Part shown: positions 28,569 to 37,544 of the stretch, piece after piece
Layout of the letters: the number at the start of each line of letters is the position of its first letter
Position numbering within the stretch: the first letter of the stretch is position 1
Origin: Polyangiales bacterium
GTDB taxonomy: Bacteria; Myxococcota_A; Polyangia; Polyangiales; Polyangiaceae
Direction: 5' to 3'
NCBI GenBank assembly: GCA_038230375.1
Contig: JBBRNJ010000011.1
Coordinates: 64,001 to 128,000 of the forward strand
DNA: 64,000 bases
Notes under the pieces: generated by a model
What the model saw: only the letters and a program-made list of their open reading frames with translations
What the model was told of the DNA's origin: nothing
Database searches by the model: none
Translations under genes and position numbers: made by a program

Positions 28569-29056
28569 GTGCCGCTCCTTCCGCCGCTCTTGTGGTCCAG
28601 GCCGATCGTGATCGTCATCCCGCGGTCCACCGCCTTCAGCATGTCGTAGACGGTGAGCGCGGCGACGCTCGCGGCCGTCAGCGCTTCCATCTCCACACCG
28701 GTCCTGTCTCGCGCCTCGCAGGTGGCGACGATCTCGAATGCGTCCTTCGCGATCGTCACCTCCACCGCCGTCTTCGTGAGCGCGATCGGATGACACAGCG
28801 GGATGAGGAAGGCCGCCTGTTTTGACGCAGAAATGCCGGCGATCCGGGCGATCTGCGCCACGTCGCCCTTCTTCGCGTCGCCCCGCCTTGCAAGGTCGAG
28901 CGTCGCCTTCGCGGCTGTCACACGTGCCCTCGCGACCGCTTGCCGCGTGGTCACGTCCTTGTCCGAGACCGACACCATCCGCGCGCGCCCGCGTGCGTCC
29001 AGGTGGGTGAGCGAAGGCTTCTCCGTCGCGGTCTTTTGGGTGGTCCTTTTCGCCAT
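28550..29056 (-). CDS. moaC: Cyclic pyranopterin monophosphate synthase
   Basis: LTHLD..G.ARMV.V..K, KKGDV, LIPLCHPI, TGVEMEALT, YDMLKAVD. Confidence 0.93.
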   Translation of the reverse strand: MAKRTTQKTATEKPSLTHLDARGRARMVSVSDKDVTTRQAVARARVTAAKATLDLARRGDAKKGDVAQIARIAGISASKQAAFLIPLCHPIALTKTAVEVTIAKDAFEIVATCEARDRTGVEMEALTAASVAALTVYDMLKAVDRGMTITIGLDHKSGGRSGTWNRER

Positions 29057-29160
29057 GGCACCCTGCAACATACCGCTACTGGAGGCGGAATTCGCTCGTA
29101 TGATGAAGACTTCGAGGGGCGCGTGGCCGCTGCTTTGACTTATCCGAGGGAAGGGAACGC

Positions 29161-31596
29161 ATGAAACGAATCTTGTTCGCCTGCGCTGTCGTTTCGGTCG
29201 TGGCGGTGTCCGCGTGCTTCATCGACAACGGGGCGGCCACGCTCGCGCTCCCGGACGAGGGAGGCATCGGCGGTTCCACCCTTGGCGGCGTCGGCGCGAA
29301 GTGCGGCGATCTCACTCCATGTCGCCCCGGCCTCACCTGCAACGCGATGGTGTGCGCGCCGGGGCACTCGCTCCAGGATGGCGCCGCGTGCGTGATCAGC
29401 GCGGAGTGCAAGACCGGCGACTACTGCGGACCGAAGCGCACGTGCGTCCCGGCCGGCATGGGCCCAGCGGGTTCTTCGTGTCACTCCGATGGTGATTGCG
29501 CCTCGGGCCTTCGTTGCAACATCACCGGGCTCTCCGCCGTCTGCCAGCCAGAAGGCATGGGCGACGTGGGGGCCATGTGCAAGGTCAACGGCGACTGCTT
29601 CGGCGGCCTGTCGTGCACCGGCGGCGCATGCACCCCGCTTCCGCCTTCGTCCGGTGGAGTGCCGCTCGTGGTGCCCACCTGGAAAGGTGTAGACTGCACC
29701 GAAGACACCTCGCAGGGGTCCATCGCGTACTTCCGCGTGCCGCGCGGCACGAAGGACGACGGCGACTTCTTCCGCCTGCCGTTTCCCAGCGACGTGCGCA
29801 CCAAGGGAGGGCACCCGAGCCTCAAGAACTTCCCCTCCCCGGGCTCCGAGATCCTTGGCTACGACGTCGTCGACCGCTACGCGCGCTACGTGGAGACGGT
29901 CGCGGACGGCTACTACGCCTACACGTCGATGATCATGCGCTTCAACGAGGAGCCCGATCTGGGCACGCTGAGCGGCACCGGTGTCCTTCGCCTGGTCGAC
30001 CTCACGGCAACGCAAGACGTGGGCTTCCAGTGGTCCGCGACCACGGCGCGCAGCAACTACGTCTGCGCGAACTCGATCACCGCGCGTCCCCTCCTGGGTG
30101 CGCCGCTCGCGCCGGGCCACACCTACGCCTTCCTCATGTCGAACGCCGTGAAGACGAAGGCCGGCAAGCCGTTCGGCCCATCGTCGGACTTCAAGGCCAT
30201 GGTCGGCGCCGCTGCGCCCGCCGCGCCGCTCGATGTCCCGTATGCTTCGTTCAAGCCGCTGCGCGACTGGGCCGCTGCCAACAGCTACGATCTCACCAAG
30301 GCAATCAACGCGACGGTGTTCACGGTCGACAAGCCCGTGAACCTTGCGGCCGGTCTGCAGAAGGCCGTTGCCGCCGCCGCCGCGCCCGTCGCCACCAAGT
30401 GGATCAAGTGTGATGGTGTCGCGAAGTCTCCATGCGCCCAGGCAGACGGCGACCGCGCATGCCCCACCACGCTCGACCCTGCGTTCGACGAGCTCCACGC
30501 GCTCGTGTCGCTCCCGATCTTCCAGAAGGGGACGGCGCCTTACCTGAACCCGACGGACGGCGGCGACCTCGCGCCGGACGGCAGCGGCGTTCCCGCGCTC
30601 CAGCGCACGGAGAGCGTCTGCATGTCGCTCACCATCCCGAAGGCGTTCCCCATGCCCGCGGCTGGCTGGCCCGTCGTCGTCTATGCGCATGGCACTGGCG
30701 GCAGCTTCCGCAGCGCCATCAACGAGGGCGTCGCGAAGTCGCTCTCCAATATCGACACCATTGGCGGGCTCGCAGTCCTCGGGATCGACCAGGTCGAGCA
30801 CGGACCGCGCCGCGGCTCCTCCACCGCCACGCCTGACGACCTGTTCTTCAACTTCACGAACCCCGCGGCCGCGCGCGGCAACCCGCTGCAGGGCGCCGCA
30901 GACCAGATGAGCCTGGTCCGCTTCGCGACGGGGTTCGATCTCGCAGCCGGCTCTTCGCCCACGACCGCGGAGATCAAGTTCGGCCCCGTCCTCTTCTGGG
31001 GACACTCGCAGGGCGCGACCGAAGGTGGCATCGCCATGCCCTACACCGCAGGCGTCGCAGGCGTTTTGCTCTCTGGCGAAGGCGGAAGCCTCATCGACGG
31101 TCTGCTCGGCAAGCGCAGCCCGGTCGACATCGCGGACGTGCTCCCGTTCGTGCTGGAGGACACCAACATGAACGAAGGGCATCCCGTGCTCTCGCTCCTT
31201 CAGAACGCGATCGACCCGGCCGATCCGCTGAACCACGCCAGCGCCATGGCAGCCACACCCATCGCGATGGGCGCGGGCAAGAACATCTTCATGATCTACG
31301 GCCAGAAGGACACGTACGCGCCGAACATCACGCAGAACGTCTACGCGGTTGCCGCCGCGCTCGGCCAGGTCGCCGCGCAGAACCTGAGCTCGCCCGACAA
31401 GATCGGTGATGGGTCGACCAAGCCCGCGCCCTACGGCGGCAACGTTGGAACGCTCACCGCGGTGACGCGTCAGTATGCGCCGGGCCTCTACGACGGCCAC
31501 TTCGTCGCTTTCAAGAACGTGGACGCCCAGCGCGACCTGGCGCATTTCCTCTTCGACGCAGCGCAGGGGACCTCACCTATCCAGGTCGGGCGATGA
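29161..31596 (+). CDS. Lipoprotein with Cys-rich repeats and a C-terminal alpha/beta hydrolase (Pla-1/cef lipase-like)
   Basis: Lipobox VSAC; Cys-rich N-terminal modules; PFPSD, VVVYAHGTGG, GHSQG nucleophile elbow, DPADP.N, GHF. Confidence 0.75.
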   Translation: MKRILFACAVVSVVAVSACFIDNGAATLALPDEGGIGGSTLGGVGAKCGDLTPCRPGLTCNAMVCAPGHSLQDGAACVISAECKTGDYCGPKRTCVPAGMGPAGSSCHSDGDCASGLRCNITGLSAVCQPEGMGDVGAMCKVNGDCFGGLSCTGGACTPLPPSSGGVPLVVPTWKGVDCTEDTSQGSIAYFRVPRGTKDDGDFFRLPFPSDVRTKGGHPSLKNFPSPGSEILGYDVVDRYARYVETVADGYYAYTSMIMRFNEEPDLGTLSGTGVLRLVDLTATQDVGFQWSATTARSNYVCANSITARPLLGAPLAPGHTYAFLMSNAVKTKAGKPFGPSSDFKAMVGAAAPAAPLDVPYASFKPLRDWAAANSYDLTKAINATVFTVDKPVNLAAGLQKAVAAAAAPVATKWIKCDGVAKSPCAQADGDRACPTTLDPAFDELHALVSLPIFQKGTAPYLNPTDGGDLAPDGSGVPALQRTESVCMSLTIPKAFPMPAAGWPVVVYAHGTGGSFRSAINEGVAKSLSNIDTIGGLAVLGIDQVEHGPRRGSSTATPDDLFFNFTNPAAARGNPLQGAADQMSLVRFATGFDLAAGSSPTTAEIKFGPVLFWGHSQGATEGGIAMPYTAGVAGVLLSGEGGSLIDGLLGKRSPVDIADVLPFVLEDTNMNEGHPVLSLLQNAIDPADPLNHASAMAATPIAMGAGKNIFMIYGQKDTYAPNITQNVYAVAAALGQVAAQNLSSPDKIGDGSTKPAPYGGNVGTLTAVTRQYAPGLYDGHFVAFKNVDAQRDLAHFLFDAAQGTSPIQVGR

Positions 31597-32483
31597 CCGA
31601 GCCCATCCATGCCTGGCGCGCGCGAGGCGAGACCCTCCGCGTGCCGGACGGGGATGTGTTCGCGCTCTCTTGCGCGGGCGAGCCTGGCGCCGAGAAGCGC
31701 ACGCCCGTCCTGGTCCTTCATGGCTTCCCCACGTCCAGCCACGACTTCGCGTCGGCCTTCGCGGAGGTGCCGGGCAGACGCTTCGTCACGCTGGATTTCC
31801 TGGGCTACGGCCTCTCCGACAAGCCCGTGGGCTACGGCTATTCGCTCTTCGAACAGGCCGACCTGGTGCTCGCGGTGGTGAAGCACTTCAAGCTGACGCG
31901 CGTGCATGTCTGGGCGCACGACATGGGTACCAGCGTTGCGACCGAGCTCTGCGCGCGGCGCGAAAGGGGGCTGCTCCCGTTCGAGATGAAGAGCCTCACG
32001 CTCATGAACGGCAGCGTCCACATCGAGCTCGCGCATCTCACCATCGGTCAGCGCGTGCTCAAGACGCCGCTCGGGCCGCTCTTTGCGAAGTGGAACTCGT
32101 ACCGCGCGTTCTCTCTCCAGATGCACCGCATCTTCGGCAAGCCGGTCGCAGAGGACGACGTCCGCGCGATGTGGGAGCTCCTCGCGCGCGAGTCCGGCAA
32201 GGATCGCCTGCCGCAGCAAATCGGTTACACGACGGAGCGGTCGAAGTTCGCAGGCAGATGGATCGGCGCCCTGACCCGCCTCAACATCCCCACGATGATC
32301 GCGTGGGGAAAGAAGGATCCCGTGGCGGTGATGGAAATCGCCGACAAGCTAGCCTCCGAGATCCCGAACGCAGAGCGCTTCACCTGGGAAGACCTGGGCC
32401 ACTACCCACAGCTAGAAGATCCAAAAACCGTCACCAGGACCCTGACGGGCTTCTGGGACCGCGTAGATCTGCCGAAGCTCTGA
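31593..32483 (+). CDS. Alpha/beta hydrolase (MEST/epoxide-hydrolase-like)
   Basis: LHGFPTSS.D, D.LGYGLSDKP, AHDMG, WG..DPV, GHYPQLE. Confidence 0.88.
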   Translation: MTEPIHAWRARGETLRVPDGDVFALSCAGEPGAEKRTPVLVLHGFPTSSHDFASAFAEVPGRRFVTLDFLGYGLSDKPVGYGYSLFEQADLVLAVVKHFKLTRVHVWAHDMGTSVATELCARRERGLLPFEMKSLTLMNGSVHIELAHLTIGQRVLKTPLGPLFAKWNSYRAFSLQMHRIFGKPVAEDDVRAMWELLARESGKDRLPQQIGYTTERSKFAGRWIGALTRLNIPTMIAWGKKDPVAVMEIADKLASEIPNAERFTWEDLGHYPQLEDPKTVTRTLTGFWDRVDLPKL

Positions 32484-32485
32484 CC

Positions 32486-33439
32486 TCAAACCGTCTCGTC
32501 GGTGAAGGCCATCACCCGGGCAATCTCTGTCGTCCCACAAGCCAGCGCGATCAACCGATCCAACCCGATCGCATTCCCTCCGCTGGGCGGCATCCCGTTC
32601 CGCAACGCCTCCACGAACCGCGCATCGATCGGATAAGCAGGAAGCCCGCGCTTCTGCCGCTCCGCCTGGTCCGCAACGAATCGAGCCTCCTGCTCGTCCG
32701 CATCCGTGAGCTCTCCAAAGCCGTTGCACAGCTCGACGCCCGCGACGTACAGCTCGAAGCGCTCCGCGTACCTCGCGTCTTCGGGCTTCTTGCGCGCGAG
32801 CGACGCCTGCGTGGACGGGTAGTCGCAGAGGAACACGGCATGCGGCAGCGCAGCCAGCGCGGGCTCCACCGTGTCCACGAGCAGCCGGTAGAACGTGTCC
32901 TCGTCGCTCGTGGCAAGGCGGAGCATCTCGTCCTCACCGACGTTCGCGTAGCGCTCGTAGGCCTCGCGCACGGTCATGCGCGCGAAGGGCGGACGCGTGT
33001 CGATCGCCCGCTCCTCTCCCGGCGCCGGCAAGCGCACGCAGCCGCCAGTCACGCGCGCCACGAGCTGCTCGGTGTCACGCATCACGTCCTCCGCGCCCGC
33101 GTTGGCGCGGTAAAATTCAAGGATCGTGAACTCCGGGTTGTGACGGCTCCCGAGCTCGCCACGGCGGTAGGCGCGCCCGATCTGGTAGATGCGCGACATG
33201 CCCTCCGTCAGCAAGCGCTTCATCTGGTACTCGGGCGACGTGATGAGGTAGCGCGCCGCGCTGCGTGCGTTGGTCTCGAACGCGTCAAGATGCACGTCCA
33301 GGCCAGGGCAGGGGACCAGCGTGGGCGTATCCACGTGGACGAAGCCGCGCGACGCGAAGAACGCATGACAGCTCTCCACGATCCGCGCACGCGCCGCCAG
33401 CGTGGGGAGCCGCGCGGTCCGTGCTTCGGCCAGGCTCAC
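32486..33439 (-). CDS. epmA: EF-P lysine aminoacylase (EpmA/GenX)
   Basis: LITSPEYQMKRLL, R.GE....HNPEFT.LEFY, AERFELY..GVELCNGFGELTD, GNAIGLDRL. Confidence 0.92.
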   Translation of the reverse strand: MSLAEARTARLPTLAARARIVESCHAFFASRGFVHVDTPTLVPCPGLDVHLDAFETNARSAARYLITSPEYQMKRLLTEGMSRIYQIGRAYRRGELGSRHNPEFTILEFYRANAGAEDVMRDTEQLVARVTGGCVRLPAPGEERAIDTRPPFARMTVREAYERYANVGEDEMLRLATSDEDTFYRLLVDTVEPALAALPHAVFLCDYPSTQASLARKKPEDARYAERFELYVAGVELCNGFGELTDADEQEARFVADQAERQKRGLPAYPIDARFVEALRNGMPPSGGNAIGLDRLIALACGTTEIARVMAFTDETV

Positions 33440-34146
33440 GGCCGGAGCCCGCGGAGGAACAGGTCGGCGACCTGACCCGCGGAGCGCCGCAGCGCACCTT
33501 GCTCGGCGCGCCCCAGCGCCCACGTGAGCGCTACTCCGTCGAGCGCGCCAAAGGCAGCGCGCGCCACGAGGTGCGGCGAGACGTCGCGCCGGAACTCGCC
33601 GCTGGCCTGGCCGTCCTGGATGATGCGCGCGATCGAGTCCAGGTACGCCAGAAAACGCGGGTGCGCGTACTCCTTCATCAGCTTCGTGGACTGCCGCAGG
33701 ATGACGGTGACGACCTCTGCAAGATCGCGCTCGCCCTCGAGCAGGCCAAGCTGCATCTCGATCACCGCGCGCAGTCGCTCCGGCGCCGTTGCGTGCTTCG
33801 CGAGCTCACCCTTCATGAAGGAGAGCAGCTTCTCCACGCGCGACTCGAACAAGGAGACGAGCAGATCCTCCTTCGACTTGAAGTAGAGGTAGATCGTCCC
33901 GTCGGCGACGCCCGCAGCCTTTGCCACCTCGCTCACGCGCGTCGCGTAGAAGCCGTTCTTCGCGAACACGCGAACGGCAGCGGACAGGATGCGCTCGCGC
34001 TTGTCGCCGCCGCGCTTCTTGCCGGGCTCCGACGCCGGAGTTTTCGCTGCCGTCCCGGCCTCGCCACGCACCGCCCGCTTCGCCTTCCCGCGCGCACGTG
34101 GGGACGGACGCTTGGTCCGAGCCGAACTGAATGACGATTCAGTCAT
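33436..34146 (-). CDS. TetR-family regulator (FadR/YsiA-like)
   Basis: KRERIL.AA..VFA..GF....VS.VA..AGVADGTIYLYFKSKEDLL. Confidence 0.9.
   Translation of the reverse strand: MTESSFSSARTKRPSPRARGKAKRAVRGEAGTAAKTPASEPGKKRGGDKRERILSAAVRVFAKNGFYATRVSEVAKAAGVADGTIYLYFKSKEDLLVSLFESRVEKLLSFMKGELAKHATAPERLRAVIEMQLGLLEGERDLAEVVTVILRQSTKLMKEYAHPRFLAYLDSIARIIQDGQASGEFRRDVSPHLVARAAFGALDGVALTWALGRAEQGALRRSAGQVADLFLRGLRP
34126..34143. promoter_or_regulatory. Perfect palindrome ACTGAAT-N4-ATTCAGT within the first codons of tetR (putative autoregulatory operator)
   Basis: AT-rich 7-bp inverted repeat immediately after the start codon. Confidence 0.65.
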
Positions 34147-34192
34147 TGCGATCGCATGCGTACCAGACCCCCGAATCGCCGTCTAGGAGCGC

Positions 34193-34456
34193 CTACCGGG
34201 TGGCGGCCAGGAGGAACATTCGCTCGGCGAAGGCGGCCACGGTGTGGCCCATCCACGGACCCAGCACGACCAGCGCGGCGATCACGGCGAGCAGGCGCGG
34301 CAGGTGGGCGATGGTCGCGTCCTGGATCTGCGACGCCGCCTGGAACGCTGCGACGAGCGCACCAACGAGCGCAGCGATCGCGAGGACGGGCAGGGCGACC
34401 GCGAGCGAGAGAAGGATCGCCTCTTCGGCGTGCTCGACGAGGCTCTGCGGATCCAT
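34193..34456 (-). CDS. Type III export apparatus subunit SctS/FliQ family (orphan)
   Basis: 87 aa with two TM segments; VG.LV..FQA.SQIQD.T..HLP+L; GPWM. Confidence 0.85.
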   Translation of the reverse strand: MDPQSLVEHAEEAILLSLAVALPVLAIAALVGALVAAFQAASQIQDATIAHLPRLLAVIAALVVLGPWMGHTVAAFAERMFLLAATR

Positions 34457-34863
34457 CAGCCGGAGTCGGCTGCGTCCGTGATGGCGCTGTCGCTACCGCC
34501 GTCCGAACCGGAGTCGGTGCTGCTGGCGTCGCTGCCCGAGTCGGTGCCGCTGTCGGTGGTGAAGACACTGCCGTCGCCAGGCGCAGCTGCGTCCTGGTTC
34601 AGGGAGCTCGACGAGACGATGCACGGTGTCACCGTGGACTGGCTCCGGTCGGCGGGGCAGCAGCGATCCGTGTCCGTACCCAGGTCCTTGGCGGCAGTGC
34701 AGATGAGCCCGTCGTTGCAGTCGCTATCGCCGCCGGAGATGCCGTTGTTCAGATCGCAACGCTCGCCTTCCTGCTGCTGCGAGCAGGACGTGGTGAGCAC
34801 GAGCGCGAGCAGGCCGATGGCCGCGATGACAACAAGGAAAGGACGAAGGCGGGGGTGCCGCAT
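34456..34863 (-). CDS. Small Cys-rich lipoprotein with DSG-rich tail
   Basis: Lipobox TTSC; EGERC, DC.DGL.C, RCCP; low-complexity D/S/G tail. Confidence 0.75.
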   Translation of the reverse strand: MRHPRLRPFLVVIAAIGLLALVLTTSCSQQQEGERCDLNNGISGGDSDCNDGLICTAAKDLGTDTDRCCPADRSQSTVTPCIVSSSSLNQDAAAPGDGSVFTTDSGTDSGSDASSTDSGSDGGSDSAITDAADSG

Positions 34864-34946
34864 GGCCCTGCTTTTGTCACGTTTCCACGGTGATGTCGAT
34901 ACTTAGTGCCAGTGCCGGTCCTCGCGCCGGTGGCGCCCACACGCCG

Positions 34947-35663
34947 TCAGCTGTCGTCCAGGTCTGCCTGCGACGGGCGCTCGCGGAGCTTCTTTTCCTT
35001 GGCCTGGACGGCCTCGGTGAAGAGCGAGACGTACTGGACGGCCGAGAACAGCGAGAAGCCGAGCGACAGGTAGACGAACGCGCGGCCCACGCGGATGAGG
35101 TCGATCGTGCCCAGGTCAAACCATGCATAGTGCATGGATGACACCCCGCCCAGCAGCAAGCCGGAGATGCCGATCATCTGGAAGGCCGTCTTCAGCTTTC
35201 CCTCTTGCCCTGCGGAGATCACGACGCCCTCGGCCGCGGCCACGCTGCGGAGGCCCGTCACGGAGATCTCGCGCCCAAGGAGCAGGATCGTCGCCCACGC
35301 CGGGATGCGCCCCATGGGCACCAACCAGATGAGGCAGGCCATGACGATCAGCTTGTCCGCGAGCGGGTCCAGGAACTTCCCCAGCACGCTGACGACGCCC
35401 AGCTTGCGTGCAAGGTAGCCGTCCAGCATGTCCGTGAACGCCGCGAGCGTGAAGATCGCTGCGGACCAGAAGCAGCCTTCCTTGGTGCCCTTGTCCAGAA
35501 ACCACAGGCACAACGGGATCATGACGACGCGGCCCATCGTCAGGAGGTTCGGAAGGTTGAGCGCGTCCTCCGCGAGCGTGCGTCGCCGCGCGCGCTTCGC
35601 CGCGGGATCGCGCGCGGGCTTCGTCGGCTTGGGTAGTGCGGCGGACGACCGGGGAGCTGTCAT
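34947..35663 (-). CDS. pgsA: CDP-diacylglycerol--glycerol-3-phosphate 3-phosphatidyltransferase
   Basis: NLPNLLT..R, TD.LDGYLAR......LGKFLDPLADK, RE..VTGLR, GK.KT..Q. Confidence 0.92.
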   Translation of the reverse strand: MTAPRSSAALPKPTKPARDPAAKRARRRTLAEDALNLPNLLTMGRVVMIPLCLWFLDKGTKEGCFWSAAIFTLAAFTDMLDGYLARKLGVVSVLGKFLDPLADKLIVMACLIWLVPMGRIPAWATILLLGREISVTGLRSVAAAEGVVISAGQEGKLKTAFQMIGISGLLLGGVSSMHYAWFDLGTIDLIRVGRAFVYLSLGFSLFSAVQYVSLFTEAVQAKEKKLRERPSQADLDDS

Positions 35664-37495
35664 AGCGACAGGAGCACAGTACCATCCCCGGCGAAGGCCA
35701 CGAGGCCTCGTTGTCCGCTGGGCGCCTCGCTCGGCGACAGCGCGCGCGGCACGAGCCGCCCGAACCAGCCGACGATGCCCTCGCGGCGCACGTGGATGCT
35801 CTTGCCGGACGCGACCTCGAGCGTGATGACCTGACCACGCACCTCTGCGAGCAGCGGGCCCGTTCCGCGGAACTGAACGACGGACAGGTATTCGCCTTCG
35901 CCCGTGGCGAGCTTCCCGTTGTCGAACTCCAGCATGCGGTCGAACGCAACGACGACGTCCTCGCGCAGGAAGCAGGACTCCTCCGTGAGCGCGAAGTTCT
36001 GCAGCGTGCCGCCGGGCCGCGCGAAGACGACGAGCTCACCGTCACCGGTCACGTCCACCACGGGGCTGCCGATGCCGCCGAACGACTCGCCAAGCGAGCG
36101 GCCGCGCGCATGGCGCTCGAGCAGGTTGGTCGTGACGCCACCAGACATGGAGCGCACCGCCTCGAGCCGAACGGCGAGCCCCTGCTTGCCGTCCTTCTTG
36201 CTCTCGGATCGCGTGCGGAGCAGGGCGATGGTGGGCGAGTGGAGCTCGATCCCACCAGGCGCCGGAAACTCGATCCGCCCGCGTTCCGCGGCGGCTGCCA
36301 TGCTCATCGGCGGAGAGTTCGCCGAGCCTGGCGCCCTGGCCTCCGCGGGTGCAGGCGGCGCCTGGCGGGTGGGACTTGCTCGGTCGTCGCGGCCCGCGCG
36401 TGGTGCAGGTCGGAGCTCGGAGGCATCGCTGATGCGACCTTGCGGGATCGCGTGCGCACCGCTGTCGAGCTCATCGGGTTCGAACCCCTGCTGCGTGGGT
36501 GCGTCCATGGGAACTTCGTTGACAGCGCGCTGTCCGAGATACCCGCGCGACGACTCCGGCGGTAGGTCCTCTTGCGGAGGCTCCGCGTCGTCGAACAGGG
36601 GAAGGGAAGGAGAGCCCACCGACGGGAGCTCCATCACGTCCTCAGGTGGACCCGCGTGTGCGGGCGGTGGCGCGACGACGAGCGTGGGCCTGCGCGGCGC
36701 GTTCGGATCCGGCGGCGAGCCCACGTTGGGCAGCGCCGGCGCGCGCGAGCTGTGGCGCCGCTTCTCCGTCTGACCCAGCTCCACCGATTTCCACTGATTG
36801 CCCGACGCGAGCGTCGCATCCGATGTAGGCGCGGCGAGCGCAAACGAGAGCCCGTGGTCGAGGCCCTCGGCGGCCTGCGCCACCGCTGCGCGCACCTCTC
36901 GCGACGGGACCTCTCGCTCCTCTTCGGGCGGAAGCGGTGGGCGTCCGAGCTTGTCCGCCATCTTGCGTGCGCGCTGGTCGTGCCCGGCCACGTTGTACGC
37001 GTGCTCCGCCTTGATGTAGTCGCTGAGGCGTTCGTACGCGAGGCCCAGATATCCCCACGCGCGCGTGTGGTTCGGATGCGCAAGCACGAGCTGCTCGAGC
37101 TCGCTCTTTGCGAGCGGCGTCTGCCCCGTCTTCAGGTAGCAGAGCGCGAGGTTCAGCTTCAGCGACGGATCCTTCGGGTTCAGGCGTCGCAGCTGCTCGT
37201 AGAGGTGGATCGCGCGCGGATAGAGCCCAAGGCGGAAGTACACGACGGCGAGAAGGTCCTGTCCCTTCACGTCGCGCGGCTGCAGGGTGAGCGCTTGCTC
37301 GAGCTCCTCCTTGGCCTCGAGCATCTGGTTGTCCTTGAGGAGCTCGCTGCCGCGATAGAGGTGGAAGAGGAACTCTTCCTGCCCGTTGTCGCCGTCGGAC
37401 TGCACGTCGGACGAGCTCGGGTCGTTGCCGGACGGCCACGGAGGCACGTCGGCGATGCCCTCCGTCTCGTCGCGGTCGTAAGGCCCGAATGCCAT
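35660..37495 (-). CDS. TPR-repeat protein with Pro-rich linker and C-terminal AIM24-like domain
   Basis: N-terminal TPRs (FLFHLYRGSELL, NLALCYLKTGQ, AWGYLGLAY); C-terminal LRE..V.AF...L..DNG, VQFRG.G, VGWFG.L.PR. Confidence 0.78.
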   Translation of the reverse strand: MAFGPYDRDETEGIADVPPWPSGNDPSSSDVQSDGDNGQEEFLFHLYRGSELLKDNQMLEAKEELEQALTLQPRDVKGQDLLAVVYFRLGLYPRAIHLYEQLRRLNPKDPSLKLNLALCYLKTGQTPLAKSELEQLVLAHPNHTRAWGYLGLAYERLSDYIKAEHAYNVAGHDQRARKMADKLGRPPLPPEEEREVPSREVRAAVAQAAEGLDHGLSFALAAPTSDATLASGNQWKSVELGQTEKRRHSSRAPALPNVGSPPDPNAPRRPTLVVAPPPAHAGPPEDVMELPSVGSPSLPLFDDAEPPQEDLPPESSRGYLGQRAVNEVPMDAPTQQGFEPDELDSGAHAIPQGRISDASELRPAPRAGRDDRASPTRQAPPAPAEARAPGSANSPPMSMAAAAERGRIEFPAPGGIELHSPTIALLRTRSESKKDGKQGLAVRLEAVRSMSGGVTTNLLERHARGRSLGESFGGIGSPVVDVTGDGELVVFARPGGTLQNFALTEESCFLREDVVVAFDRMLEFDNGKLATGEGEYLSVVQFRGTGPLLAEVRGQVITLEVASGKSIHVRREGIVGWFGRLVPRALSPSEAPSGQRGLVAFAGDGTVLLSL

Positions 37496-37544
37496 GGACG
37501 ACCAATGGTAGCGAATACAGCCCGAAACCGCGAAAAAACGAAGG

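Noticed and set aside
28561..28576. parS-like TGTTCCACGTG
   Set aside because: Right arm does not match and the sequence is explained by overlapping moaC/moaE codons
29140..31545. 801-aa antisense ORF and many other long overlapping track ORFs (for example 8370..10040, 31475..33475, 58443..60404)
   Set aside because: Shadow ORFs expected in high-GC DNA; Arg/Ala/Gly-rich with no motifs and lying opposite or out of frame with well-supported genes
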